Below are positions 23,868 through 36,358 of a DNA stretch of 64,000 bases, in pieces (position 1 is the stretch's first letter; each line of letters begins with the position of its first letter). The translations under genes were made by a program, and so were the position numbers. The stretch comes from Leucoraja ocellata (lineage: Eukaryota): contig JAWMAR010000200.1 of NCBI GenBank assembly GCA_036785375.1, positions 3,782,001 to 3,846,000 on the forward strand. The letters run 5' to 3'. The notes beneath the pieces are model-generated. The model did not search any database and was not told the origin of the DNA. It saw only the letters and a program-made list of their open reading frames with translations.

Positions 23868-26800
23868 TTTTTCCTCATCTCAGTCCTAAATGGCCTACTC
23901 CTTATTCTTAAGCTGTGATAGGGGGCGCTGTCCTGTGCATGGCTGCCCTGCCAGCAGTTGTCTGTCTTTTCACCGTTTTATTTTTATTTTTAGTTAGTTA
24001 AAGTGTTTTGTTTGGAGGTCTAGACTTTTTTATGTCGGGGGGGGGGGGGAGGGGGAAACTACCTTTCAGGGTCCCTACCTGGTCGGAGAGGCAGCTTTTC
24101 TCCGGGCTGCAGCTTCGACCCGTACTCGCTGGCTACCAGCGGGCCTGGAGCGGCGTCCAGTACGGAGGCGGCCGTTCCAGGGTTCCCATGCCGCTGTGAG
24201 GACTCTTCCGACGCCGGAGCACCACCACCCGGCGAGAACGGCCAGGAACATCGGGCCTCCGTAGAGGCAACTGTGGAGGCCTCAATAGGCCCGACTATGG
24301 GTGAACTGCGGTTGGGGACCGGACTTTGTGCCTTCCCTCATTGTGGGAGCCGTTGTGGGAGGATGTTCTTTGTGTTTAAGACTCTCATTGGTGTTATGTC
24401 TGTATTCTTTTTTTTGTGTGCTGCGAAATGGCAAAAAGCATTTCACTTCACTACACCTCGGTGTATGTGAATGTGACTAATAAAATACCTTTGACCTTTG
24501 ATACCTTTGATCCCTGGTTCTGGACTCCATAACATCGGGACATTTTTTTCCCGCATCTAGGAAAAAATGGCAGACAGGAAGCAAAGAGTAGGAATTAACC
24601 ACTATTAATGTCAAACCCTTTAAGAATTTTATATGTTTCTCTAAGATATCCTCTCATCCTTCTAAATTCCAGTGAATACAAGCCCAGTCGACCCATTATT
24701 TCATCATATGTCAGTCCCGCCATCATGGGAATTAACCTGGTGAACCTACGCTACACTCCCTCAATAGCAATAATGTCCTTCCTCAAATTAGGATACCAAA
24801 ATTGCACACAATCCTCCAGGTGCAGTCTCACCATGGCCCTGTACAAAAGCAGAAGGACCTCCTTGATCCTAAACTCAAATCCTCTCGCAATGAAGGCCAA
24901 CATGCCATTAGCTTTCTTCACTGCCTGGTATACCTGCATGCTTACTTTCAGTGACTGATGCACAAGCACACCCAGGTCCCATTGCACTTCCCCTTTTCCT
25001 AATATGACACAATTCAGATAATAATCTGCCTTCCTGTTCTTGCCACCAAAGTGGATAATCTTACATCTATCCACATTATACTGCACCTGCCATGCATCTG
25101 CCCACTCACCAACCCATACAATTCATCCTGCAGCCTCATAGCATCCTTAACCGCAGCTCACACTGCCACCCAGCTTTGTGTCATCCGCAAAATTGGAGAT
25201 GTCACATTTAATTCCATCGTCTAAATCGTTAATATATATTGTAAAGAATATATACTGGGAACCCAGCACCGAGCCTTGCGGCACCCCACTAGTCACTGCC
25301 TGCCATTCTGAAAATGACCCATTAATTCCTACTCTTTGCTTCCTGTCTGCCAACCAGTTCTCTATCCTTGTCAATACCCTAATCCCAATACCATGTGCTC
25401 TAATTTTGCACACTAATCTCTTGTGTGGGACCTTGTCAAAGGGTTTTTGAAAGTCCAGATACACCACATCCACTGACTCTCCCTTATCCATTCTACTTGT
25501 TACATTCTCAAAATATTCCAGAAGATTAGTCCAGTACGATTAGTCAAGCATGATTTCCCCATCATAAATCCATGCTGACTTTGACCGATCCTGTCACTGC
25601 ATTCCAAATGCGCTGCTATAACATCACCCCACCTGTAAGGCTGTCTTTTATTCCCTGTTTTCTCTCCCCCTCCTATCTGAAAAAGTGGAGTTACATTGGC
25701 TACTCTCCAGTCCACAGGAACTGATCCAGAGTCGAGATAACATTGGAAAATGATCACCAATGCATCCACGATTTCTAGGGCCACCTCTTTGAGTACTCTG
25801 GATGCAGACCATCAGGCCCTGGGGATTTATCTACCTACAGTTCCAACAGTTTACCTAACACCATTTCCTGACTAATATGGATTCCCTTCAGTTCCTCCCT
25901 CCTACTAGATCCTCGGTCCCCTAGTATTTCTGGGAGTTTGTTTTTGTCTTTCTTAGTGAAGACAGAACCAAAGCACTCGTTTAACTTTTGCCATTTCCTG
26001 GTTTCCCATTATCAATTAATCTATCTCTATGACTGTAAGGGACCTACATTTGTCTTCACTAATCTTTTCCTTTTTACATCTAAACAAGCTTTTACAGTTA
26101 TTATATTCCCCGCAAACCTTCTTTCATGCTCTTTTTCCCCCCTCTTAATTAACCCCTTTGTCCTCTGTTGAGTTCTAAATTTCTACGAGTCCTCTGGTTT
26201 GCTACTTTCTCTGACCAATTCATATGCTTCTTCCTTGGATTTAACACTATCCTTAATTTTCCTCGTTAGCCACGGTTCAGCCTCCTTCCTGTTTTATTCT
26301 TTCGCCAGACAGGGATGAACAATTTTTGGAGTTCATCCATGCAGTCCTTAAATCTTTGCCATTGCATCTCCACCGTCAACCCTTTAAGTGTAATTTGCCA
26401 GTCTATTCTAGCCAATTTCCATCTCATACTTTCAAAGTCTCCTTTATTTATGTTCAGGACCTTATTCTTTGAATTAACCGTGTCACTCTCCATCCTAATG
26501 CAGAATTCCACCATATTATGGTCACTGTTGCCCAAGGGACTTTGCACAACAAGATTGTTAACTAATCCTTCCTCATCACACAATATGCAGTCTAGGATGG
26601 CCTGCCCTCTTGTCAGTTCTACATATTGGTTTAAAAAACCATCCCGTATACATTCCAGGAAATCCTACTCTTCGGCGCTGCTACAAATTTAGTTGGCCCG
26701 ATCTATATGTCACCCATGATAACCGCTGTACCTTTGGTACACGCATCCCTAATTTCCTGCTAGATGCTACCCCCAACCTCCCTACTGCTGCTTGGTGGTC

Positions 26801-27090
26801 TGTATACAACTCCCACAAGCGTTTTCTGCCCTTGGCTATTTTGCAGTTCTACCCATACTGATTCTACAGCATCCAAGCTAATGCCACTCCTTACTATTGC
26901 ATTAATCTCTTCTTTAACCAGCAATGCCACCCCACCTCCTCTTCCTTTCTGTCTATCCTTCCTGAATATTGAATACTCCTGCATGTTTAGCTCCCAGCCT
27001 TGGTCACCCTGGAGCCATGTCTCCATAATTTCAACTATATCATATTCCTTAATTAATAACTGCACATTCAATTTATCTACCTTATTATGA
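23868..27090 (-). pseudogene. Large CR1/HER1-type LINE ORF2 remnant (APE endonuclease plus RT) with frameshifts and internal deletions
   Basis: ORFs 26760-27140 (YDIV.I.ETWL..RKDR...RGGGVAL), 26266-26583 (LGNSDHNMV), 25500-25784 (DWRVANVTPLF), 25147-25491 (YLDFQK.FDKVPH..GVPQGSVLG..FADDTKL) and 24751-25086; interrupted by 23921-24510. Confidence 0.92.
23921..24510 (+). mobile_element. Non-coding ~590-bp retroposon (SINE-like or non-autonomous LINE derivative) nested in CR1
   Basis: Starts GGGGGCGCTG..CATGGCTGCC, CpG-rich body, ends GTGACTAATAAAATACCTTTGACCTTTGATACCTTTGA (tandem tail); splits contiguous CR1 sequence at CTGTGA|..|CCCTGGTTCTGGACTCC. Confidence 0.7.
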
Positions 27091-29800
27091 TTTAATAGCT
27101 TAACCGCACAAATATTGCGATTACACATAATAAAAATCAACTCATGGTACTAAAATGATATGATTCAAAGATAATTAATGAATGTATGAATGCCATTTAC
27201 CACTTAACCTTACCAACGTCCCAATTTTCTAGTCTTGATATTAGAGGACAACAAACCCATGCAATGTTCTGAGATTTCAAAACCATCTTCAAACTAGATT
27301 TCTTACTATATTGTATTTTTACTGTATTAATGTTATATATTGGCATGTTTAATTTTCAGAACATACTTTCATTTTAATTTGCTTGCAGTAATAGTTTTGC
27401 TTGGCTGCTCCAGCGAATTAATTAAAGAATAGGACTTGTATTTATTAATCTACAAACACTGGAGCACAAGAAATAAAAGAATAAGTAGGGCAGTAAGATG
27501 TCCGGTGGTCCTTTATCGTATAAGCATTTTCTTGTACAAACCGACTAACCATAGACTTCTGCCTTAAATATATTCAGTGACTGAACCTTTATAGCCTCAT
27601 TGGGTAGAGAATTCCAAAGATTTATATCTGTCTGGCTTCAGAAGTCTTTCCTCAGCATATCCCTGAATTGTCAACCTTTTTTTATTAAGACTGTGACCCC
27701 CTCGTTCTCAGTCCAAAGTCATGGGAAAGGACAATCCAGCATCTATGCATCAACTTTGTAAGAACGTTGTAGAGAATGGGGGGGGGGGGGGGGGGGGGGT
27801 GGATGATTGTGTGGGGAAGAAAGAGCAAATGCATCAAGGGTTCAGCTCTTCTGAGGTCCAGAATCTGGCTTAGAGACCCAAATGGTGTATTGAATTGAAA
27901 GTAGGGAGTTTGGCAAAAACCACAGCAAAAGGACTGAAAGTCTTTCATTTTCCCCTCATCTTCCCCTTACTTCTTGCCTCCTCCTTTCTCTCCCACTATT
28001 TCCCCCTTTTTCCCCATCTCCATTCAGCTTTTTTGTCCCTCTTGCGCCTCTCTTCCCCACCTTCATCTCTCCCTATTTCCCTGCTTTCTTTTTTCTGCCC
28101 GTTTTTACTTGCCAGCAGTCTCGCCATGACCGTTTAAATACAAATTTATAATAATTAAAACTACAAAACATACATTGTTTTTTTTTTAATCACCTTTCCT
28201 TTACATCCAAATCCCCATTAAAAGTAATGGGGTCTTCAGTCATACGCCAGGCATAATCTGATGCAGGGTTTTCTGTTCCAACTAGGTTCTACAACTGCAC
28301 TTGTTTTGCACATAGCAGTTGAATGAGAATTTGATATTGCCTTATTGCCTATGGAATACTTGTCTGTTATCATCAAAGAGTTGAGAGCTGTAAATTGTTT
28401 CATAAATGGCTGCTCTTCTCTCAATTAAACATTTTCTTTTTGTGTGGTGATAGATACTTCATTTTTGATTTTCTTCAATGGCAAAATTAGTTTGTCTTTT
28501 TTTTTTACCTAGGTTTTGTTCACAAACTATAATTATGCATATTGATACAAGATAAACTCAAGTGGAAATTCATTGCTCGCGTTACTACAATCACTTGCAT
28601 GTTTCTCAAGTTATTTTAATTATACTGAATTCTATTTTCTCTGTTTGATCGAATTGATTATTTATCTGCTATTTCAAGCTAAATGAACATTTTAATTTTT
28701 ACAATGTTCAAAAAATATAAACTTTTGTCTTCACACAAGATGCAGTGAACCCCAAGGCTTTTGTTGGATTCATACGTTGAGAAGCATTTTGTTGCTACTT
28801 GTGATTTATAAGTACTTTGTAGAAATTTACAAACTAATTTAGATTTCTTTAGACTGTGTTAGTTTCCTCTCCCTACTCATTCTGAGAAGTTATGGTTCGC
28901 CACCTTATGGAATATCAATAATACTGTTGTTACGGTAATTGTGCTCTGTTGATCTTATCAGAGAGGACCAACATTTGACCAGCATTATGTGCATGCTTAC
29001 CCAAATGTTTCACAATGCCACTGTGTTCTTGTTTGTGGGACATTTTGACAGAGGTTACCAAATTGAGAAAGGTTGTCAATGTAAGCTTTGTGAATTGCTG
29101 CAGTGTTTGTCACAGACGGTAAATAATGTATCTACAGTGTACCAGTGATGGAGGGGAAATGTTGGTTCAATGGAATGAATCTCAATAATGTTCTATTCTG
29201 GATGGTACTGCACTTCTTGAATGCCTTTATTCAAATGAGTGTTGAATTTCTGAGTCTCAACTTGTGCCTTGCATATGTTGTAAAAATATTTTTAAAAGAG
29301 TAAGAATATTATCCTATAAAATTGCTCGTGAGCGAGTTATTGTCATCACAGTGTTAAAGATTTCTATCCAATTTGGGCTGGACCTCGTTGGCACGGACCT
29401 GCTTTCTGCAATTGCAGCCTGCAGGAATCCAAACCTGACAGAACTGTATGCAGACGATGTGCCTTGTTGTCCTTCGGGGTCCTGAACTTCAACGGCATGA
29501 CCTGAGTAGCAGCAAAGTTTCAAATAGTTAGAGACACTTAAAATCTAATTAAACCGAATTAAAGCTACTTGCACTTGTTTTTACACCACAATCAAATATA
29601 AGACCTTACCTTCCCTTTTTTCTACATAACTCATAATCCTCACTGAAATCCATTGAGCAGCCAATGTAGCCCCTGTTCTCTCCTCACACAGGAGCCAATG
29701 GTTCATTTTCGCTTCACACACGATCCAATGGTTCATTTCTCAAATGTAAATGCTGTGGAATCTCAGCAAGATTAAGCTCTGCAGTGCACTGTTTCAACTT

Positions 29801-30008
29801 TAATGAAGGGCACTGACCTTAGACTAATATAGCCCAAATGTGGCCAAATGGGACTAACTTAAATAGGGCATCTTGGTCGGCAAGGACAAATTCGGCCAAA
29901 AAGCCTGTTTCTGTGCTGCATGACTTTGTGACCTGAAGCACTAACTTTTTCTCTCTCCACGGACACTGCCTGAAATGCCGAGTATCCTCCGGATTTTCAG
30001 TTTTTATT
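29801..30008 (+). mobile_element. Old pLTR/hammerhead unit interrupted by a CR1 3' tail
   Basis: AATGAAGGGCACTGACCT[29820-29928 CR1 tail]TGACCTGAAGCACTAAC..TCTCTCCACGGACACTGCCTGA; TGACCT duplicated. Confidence 0.5.
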
Positions 30009-31889
30009 TATGTAATTTATTTTATTAGCTTGTCTATTTTTGACTGAGTCTAGCTAGCTCTGCGATGTGGACAGCAGGCTAATGACGTTCCAAAAGAAAA
30101 GGGTTTGAACACATACTGTTGAGTTCCGAATGGGACCAAACCAAAAAAATGTGTTTCATCTTTTCAATAGTATGGATCATTGAAAGGTTTATAAGCATTA
30201 TTCTGTAGGCTTAACAGATTTGGCATTTTTTGTTGTTAGTGTAAGAAATATCTTTCTGAAAGTTAGTTTGTCATAAAGGAATGGCCAAAGCTTTATTTCT
30301 TTTTATGAGAACCTGCTCGGTATATTTGCTGGGGCGTGGAGAAAAAACCCTTTAGTTGAAAAGGAGTATGGAAATGGAAAGTGAACATGAGAACGTTAAA
30401 TCATTAAAAATGAGCAACAATCATTCTTTCAGTAGAGTTAAGCTAGTTATACAAAAACAGTCAAACAACTGTTGAAATAATGACAAGGAACTTACCATGA
30501 TATCTGTATGCTAATTTTGTTAACGTTAATAAAGGAAAAGTATTTTCTAAGCAATGTATTTGTTTTTGATTTTCTAATTTAACATTCATACTTTCCTAAT
30601 TTTCCCATTTTAGTAAATCTTTCAGGAGGACGGCAAGACGACAGGCATTTGATAACAATGCCCGTTATAGAATATATCCAGGATAACATTTTTTTCAAAA
30701 TGGCAGGCATAGCCCAGAATTTATGCCATAAATTTTGCTGTGTGATGTCCCATTGCAAAATTATTCCCAAAAATACATTGCCAAATTAATTTGATTATGT
30801 CAAAGCAAGTATAACGATTTGTCAGACATTTGAGAACAAATGCAAACAATGACTTATTCAATCTGTATCGCTGCATTAATTGAGCAAATCAATAATGATT
30901 TGGCCTCAGTCATAGATTTTTAAATTTCAGATTATTTTTAACTCAGCGATCATTTGCAAAAAATTATTACAGGTACATTAAATGTTCATGAATAGTCAAA
31001 CATTATTTTATTACTATTGATTTTGAGGATAATTGTAATCATTTAAGATTTATATAAAATCTCATGAGTAATGTTGGACATTGTTTTGTATATTTGCAGA
31101 TGAGAGACTAGAGGAGATAGATCCAATTTAATCATTCTCGATCCTTGTCTCAAGGACACCTGAAAGTCACGGAATGCCAAAGTAGCTCACACAAGGCTCA
31201 GACAGTCTTGGTGTGTGTAAAGAACGTCACATCTATTTATGTAAAGAGTGAGCCCTGTTACTGGCCTACACTTCCTTTGTTTCATTCCAGATAACTTAAA
31301 GTGATTTAAAGGAAGCCAACAAGATCAGAAATAAGATAAGGAACATAATTTAATATGAGACCCTTTTTTTTCCTTCTCATGCATGGTGATGATTTTAGGC
31401 ACAATTTTAAACTGAAATGAATCTTTCAATGGCTTACTCTGTCATCTTGGCACATACAGATTTTGTTGAGTTTTGCTCCATGCACACAATATGTACAATA
31501 CGACATTAACACCCAATTATGAAGAATTTTAGTTTGTTTTCTCAAAAAATTACAAGCATCCAAAAACACTTTATTTTACTTCTAATTTAACCATTAATTT
31601 ATATATCTGTGCTGGTATTCTATTCAGACTGAGTGATTGTACCTGTAGTATGAAACAGGTGTAAATTCAGGAAATGACTTTATTGTGAAAATTAAGGAGG
31701 CACTTTTGCACAGTTCATTCAATTTTGCACAGTACAGCTGAGGTTAGCTGCAGACAAAAAAACAAGATATTTTAATATGCAAAAGAAACGTATAATCAAC
31801 CAAAAGGTGTTTACTGAGACTTGTTCTGTTTATTAGGGCGACACAGTAACACAGTTCCAGTTACGTGGGATCATTCCTGACCTTACTTG

Positions 31890-32045
31890 AACATAGAAAC
31901 ATTGAAAAATAGGTGCAGGGGTAGGCCATTTGGTCCTTCGAGCCAGCCAATATGATCATGGCTGATCATCTGAAATCAGTACACCGTTCCTGCTTTTTCC
32001 CCATATCCCTTGATTCCTTTAGCCCAAAGAGCTAAATCTAACTAG
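31890..32045 (-). mobile_element. CR1 3' tail fragment
   Basis: AACATAGAAACATTGAAAAATAGGTGCAGG..GGCCATTTGG..GATCATGGCTGATC. Confidence 0.75.
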
Positions 32046-33232
32046 ATCTAACTATCAGAACAGCTACGTTTTTTAAAAGTTCAATTATTTGCACTGGAAA
32101 GTTCCTTAAATATTTTGATTATGAAGTAAACAACAGGAATTTGTTTGTAAATTTAAGGAACACATTTGTATCTGGTATCTAAATTACTTTTATATTTATA
32201 AAGCAAATTCTCGTGTCTTATCTCTACATTCTACTGTTGAAATGACATGTATATTTTTTACTTGGTGGAAGTGCGAAAGATAAAACTTGGTTTATTTTTC
32301 ACAATTGTATAGATGCAAGTTACTTGCATGATCACAACCTTTGATAGTGTTGTCAATTGTTATGCTGCAATAATATTTATAATGCGGAAAGCAGGGAATC
32401 TTCTGTTGTTCTCATGGACTACTCTTTGGGCCAGTCTGGATGGTGGTATGCAGTGTTTCGGGTGCTAACATTTGTACGTTTCTGAGCAGTTAGCTGTTAA
32501 AACAGATATTTTTTGGCTGCCACACCTCCACATCAGCTCAGGCAAATTGAAGTGCTCACTTGCATGCAAATGACTAGAACTACTGCAGGATGCACATAAT
32601 ATGGGGCTGCTTTGAAGTGAGCTGCAATAAGATTGCTTTACACAGAATGTGAAATGATATCCAAAATTGAAATTTTTTCCAATGGCAAAATCTATTGGAC
32701 TTCAAATAGTACACTGTGGAGGAATAGCTGCCACATGAATAATAGCCATTCGAATTCCTTCAGAGCTTGAAATATGTGATTTTATTGGCAGAGCTGTTCG
32801 ATTAGGCTAATGTTTGTGGCTGCCATCCATCTCAATTAGAATATCAATATCATACTTCTGGAAAGGGTTCCCATCCCTGTGTAAAAGGTCACATCATTTT
32901 CATGAAGATTAGGTATTTAAACAAGTAATGCAAGAAAAATGTTAAAATAACTGTCGAGAAAGTAGGTGAGAGTACTGTGATAACAAGTCCAGAGCATGAA
33001 ACCTGTTCCGCAGTATGGATGGTGGGGAAATCTGTGAGGATCGGGGTTTGAGCTTATTCTTCAGGGTACCTAATGGGTTACAGTGATGGGTTTCGACTCC
33101 GGGTGGGTTGGGGAGGAGGGGGTGGGGGAAACCAGTTGAAGAATCTTAGTCATTTGTCACTTTTGCTGCCTTATTGTATAGAATTAACATTTTAAGGAAT
33201 TTTGTATGGTTGCGGAAATAATCTGTTTTAAG

Positions 33233-33687
33233 CAGGAAAGAACTGCAGATGCTGATTTAACTCGAAGGTAGACACAAAATGCTGGAGTAACTCAGCAGGA
33301 CAGGCAGCATCTCTGGAGAGAAGGAATATAAACAGAGAAAATAGGTGCAAGAGGAGGCTATTTAGCCCTTCGAGCCAGCACCGCCATTCATTGTGATCAT
33401 GGCTGATCATCCACAATCAGTAACCCGTGCCTTCTCCCCATATCCCCGATTCCGCTAGCCCCAAGAGCTCTATCTAACTCCCTTTTAAATTCATCCAATT
33501 GTATTTAATAATAAGATTAAAAGGAAAAAAACGGACCGACGCCGCTCTGCCTTCTGTGGCAGAGAATAACACAAATTCACAACTCTCTGGGTTCAGACTG
33601 CAGAAGGATCTCGGCCCGAAACGTCCCCCTTTCCTCTCCAGAGATGCTGCCTGTCCCGCTGAGTTACTTCAGCATTTTGTGTCTACC
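33233..33687. mobile_element. Penelope pLTR inverted pair with a CR1 fragment (about 33330-33591) in its centre
   Basis: Left arm (minus, with tail) 33233-33326 and right arm (plus) 33598-33687; ATCTGTTTTAAG duplicated at 33221-33232 and 33688-33699. Confidence 0.75.
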
Positions 33688-34307
33688 ATCTGTTTTAAGT
33701 AGTTCAGTAATATACACATTGCTTAAATGAATGCTGCAACATCATTTAATTAACTGTATGGACAGACACTCAAATAGAACAGTGTTTACCTTGGTCTAAG
33801 TAGACTCTGCTCCCTGGGGATATTTGCTCCATCAATCTGACTAACATTTTGCCAATACTAAGTACTGTTGAAATCTTCAGCAGTAAAATTAAAATGCACA
33901 TGAAGGGAATAAGAGTCTGACCAGAATCTATGACCCATGAGGTGTTGCTGCATTTGTGCATTTGAATCCTGTCGATGTACAACACACACACACACAGTAT
34001 CATCTCTAAAGAGTTTCCTCGATTGAAAGATGTCACATTGGACACACGATTGGCATCAGTACAACTAGGGTTTTGGATATTGATCTTTCATGTGGCTATT
34101 TCACCTTGTTTCATTGCTTGTTTGTGATCACAGATCATCACGGTATACTTGGTATTCAGTAAGTGCTTATTATATTGAACCTTTGTAATGCAAGGAAGTA
34201 ATGTATTTACCTTTTCACAATAAGGAACATGCGGTAGAAGTGATAGGAACATAGGGCGGGATAAATATTTGAGAAAAATAAATAAAACTGAGGAAAGAGC
34301 AGGAAAA

Positions 34308-34343
34308 GGGTCTGAAGAAGGGTCTCGACCCGAAACGTCGCCT
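34308..34343 (+). ncRNA. Type I minimal hammerhead ribozyme (best-preserved copy)
   Basis: Stem I GGGT (34308-11) with GCCT (34340-43); CTGAAGA 34312-18; extra A; stem II GGGT-CTCG-ACCC 34320-31; GAAA 34332-35; palindromic ACGT in place of stem III; GUC triplet with predicted cleavage after 34339. Confidence 0.7.
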
Positions 34344-34406
34344 ATTTCCTTCGCTCCATAGATGCTGCCTCACCTGCTGAGTTTCTCCAACACTTTTGTC
34401 TACCAT
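34308..34406 (+). mobile_element. Solo tail-less pLTR/hammerhead unit with TSD
   Basis: ~97-bp unit flanked by AGAGCAGGAAAA (34296-34307) and AGAGCAGAAAAA (34407-34418). Confidence 0.8.
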
Positions 34407-34521
34407 AGAGCAGAAAAATATCATTTAAAGTAACAGATCGACACAATCTAATTAAATGGCACAGCAGGCTCAGTGGACTAAATGACTTGGTAATATCATG
34501 AGACAAGGAAGTTGAAAGTAA

Positions 34522-35515
34522 TGGGCCTGTCCCACTTAGGTGATTTTTCAGACAACTGCCGGCGACTGTCATGACGTAGCAGGTCGCTGAAAAACGGCGA
34601 CTGGAACGGCGACTGTCAGAGTGGGACACACACAAACATCGCTTCATTCACCAGCCCGTTGTGCAGGCGGGGAACAGGCCAAGGGGGGGCGCGCTATCTG
34701 AGTGAAATTCACATGGTGCAAAGCCAATGTGATATGGACAAACACCACAATGAACAGGAAGGTTGGCGCTGTCATTACGAATGTGAAAGCACAGTGTACA
34801 GGAAGGGTCACTTAAATCCTTTAAAAGATGGAGGGAGAGGGGGGAAAGGGGGAGACGGGGTTACAATAAACAATAGGTGCAGGAGTAGTCCATTTGGCCC
34901 TTCGAGCCAGCACTGCCATTCAATGTGATCATGGCTGATCATCCACAATCAGTACCCCGTTCCTGCCTTCTCCCCATATCCCCTGACTCCGCTATCTTTA
35001 AGAGCCCTATCTAGCTCTCTCTTGAAAGTATCCAGAGAACCGGCCTCCACTACCCTCTGAGGCAGAGAATTCCACAAAGGAGTGAAGACAACATTCAAGA
35101 AGCCAGAGGTACCACGGCTGTGAAGCTCAGCGGACATTAACATTGCCGGTTGGTTATCCTTGGTTCTGAAAACTACTGTTTACGTTTTTTTCCCCAATAA
35201 GCCAATTAACTTCACCGATCAGCACCGGCGACAACCTAGACCTCCTGGTGACCCACTGCCACTGCACCTACGGCACGAGTATTCTCGCTAATCACCATGG
35301 CGTAAAAATTCTGGTCGCCGCTAATTTTTCAATCAGAAAATTTTTCAACCATTCTTTCGACCAGAATGAAGCCGCGACTAGTTCTGAGAATGCGGGGACT
35401 ATTCATGACCATGAAGGCAACTCCCCGGCAACCACCCGCGAACATGTGGCGACCATGCGGCGACCGCATAATCTCCTGGAGTCGCCTAAAAAGTCGCCTA
35501 AGTGGGACAGGCCCA
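34522..35515. mobile_element. PIF/Harbinger-like MITE with nested CR1 fragment
   Basis: TIR TGGGCCTGTCCCACTTAGG / CCTAAGTGGGACAGGCCCA, TAA TSD (34519-21, 35516-18); CR1 3' end inserted at about 34862-35076. Confidence 0.88.
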
Positions 35516-35559
35516 TAACAGTGACCTTGACTCCAACTGTGAGAACAGTCCAAGCATGA

Positions 35560-35860
35560 ACAGCACAGTGGCGCAGCTGGTAGACCTGCTGCCCCACAGC
35601 GCCAGAGCCAAGTTCAATCATGACCTTGGATGCTGTCTGTGTGGAGTTTGTACGTTCTCTCTGTGACCATGTGGGCTCTCATCCATTTCCACCGGGTGAG
35701 AGCCGTTTAATTAACCTCTGTAAATTGCCCCCAGTGTGTAAGGAGTGGATGTAACAGTGAGATAACATAGAACTAGTGTGAACAGGTGATCGATGATCAT
35801 CATGGATGTGATGGACCAAAGGATCTGTTTCGATACTGTATCTCTAAACTAAACTAAACA
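35560..35860 (+). mobile_element. HE1-type SINE
   Basis: CAGCACAGTGGCGCAGCTGGTAG head, GCTGTCTGTGTGGAGTTTGTACGTTCTC core, CTGTATCTCTAAACTAAACTAAAC tail. Confidence 0.8.
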
Positions 35861-36358
35861 TGCTTCTGCTCCTTTTTCTTGAAACCTGCGTGATATTTGA
35901 TCCCTCCCTTTCCAACAGATTTTTCGGAGAATTGGAGATTGTCTGGCAATTCCCCTTGGCCTCTTTACTCAAAGAACATGGCTCATGTGGATACTGTTCT
36001 TCACCAGCCTGCCCCAATCCCTCTAACTCACTGGTACCTGTAACATTCTCAAAACACTCCCACTGCTGATGCATCTATTCTTATCAGTCACTGGCTGTTG
36101 GCCTTAGGCTGGTATATCTCTTTTAAGGGCTAGCTGCTGAAATCACATCTGCATTGCTACAAGACTTTGCAATAGATCGATAGATGAGTGTGCACTGATA
36201 TTGACACAGTGCAATGTCATGAAAGGAAACCAGGCAATTCTTTTCTGTGAGATTCCCAATTGAAGGCCAAGGTGTTTAATATATTTTTAATAAGAATTTT
36301 GTCTTACACACAATGTTGTGTTAACATCATTAAAATGTAGTCAAGTAATTTAAAGGTC

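Noticed and set aside
24751-27140. Functional reverse transcriptase/endonuclease gene
   Set aside because: Multiple frameshifts, stops and internal deletions show a dead CR1 copy.
27778-27800. Poly-G/C runs (also 24037, 44746-44810, 49678-49706) as functional G-quadruplexes
   Set aside because: Homopolymer expansions, mostly within repeats, with unreliable lengths and no supporting context.
31100-31215. Plus-strand acceptor TTTGCAG|ATGAG as a coding exon
   Set aside because: All three frames stop within about 35 nt.
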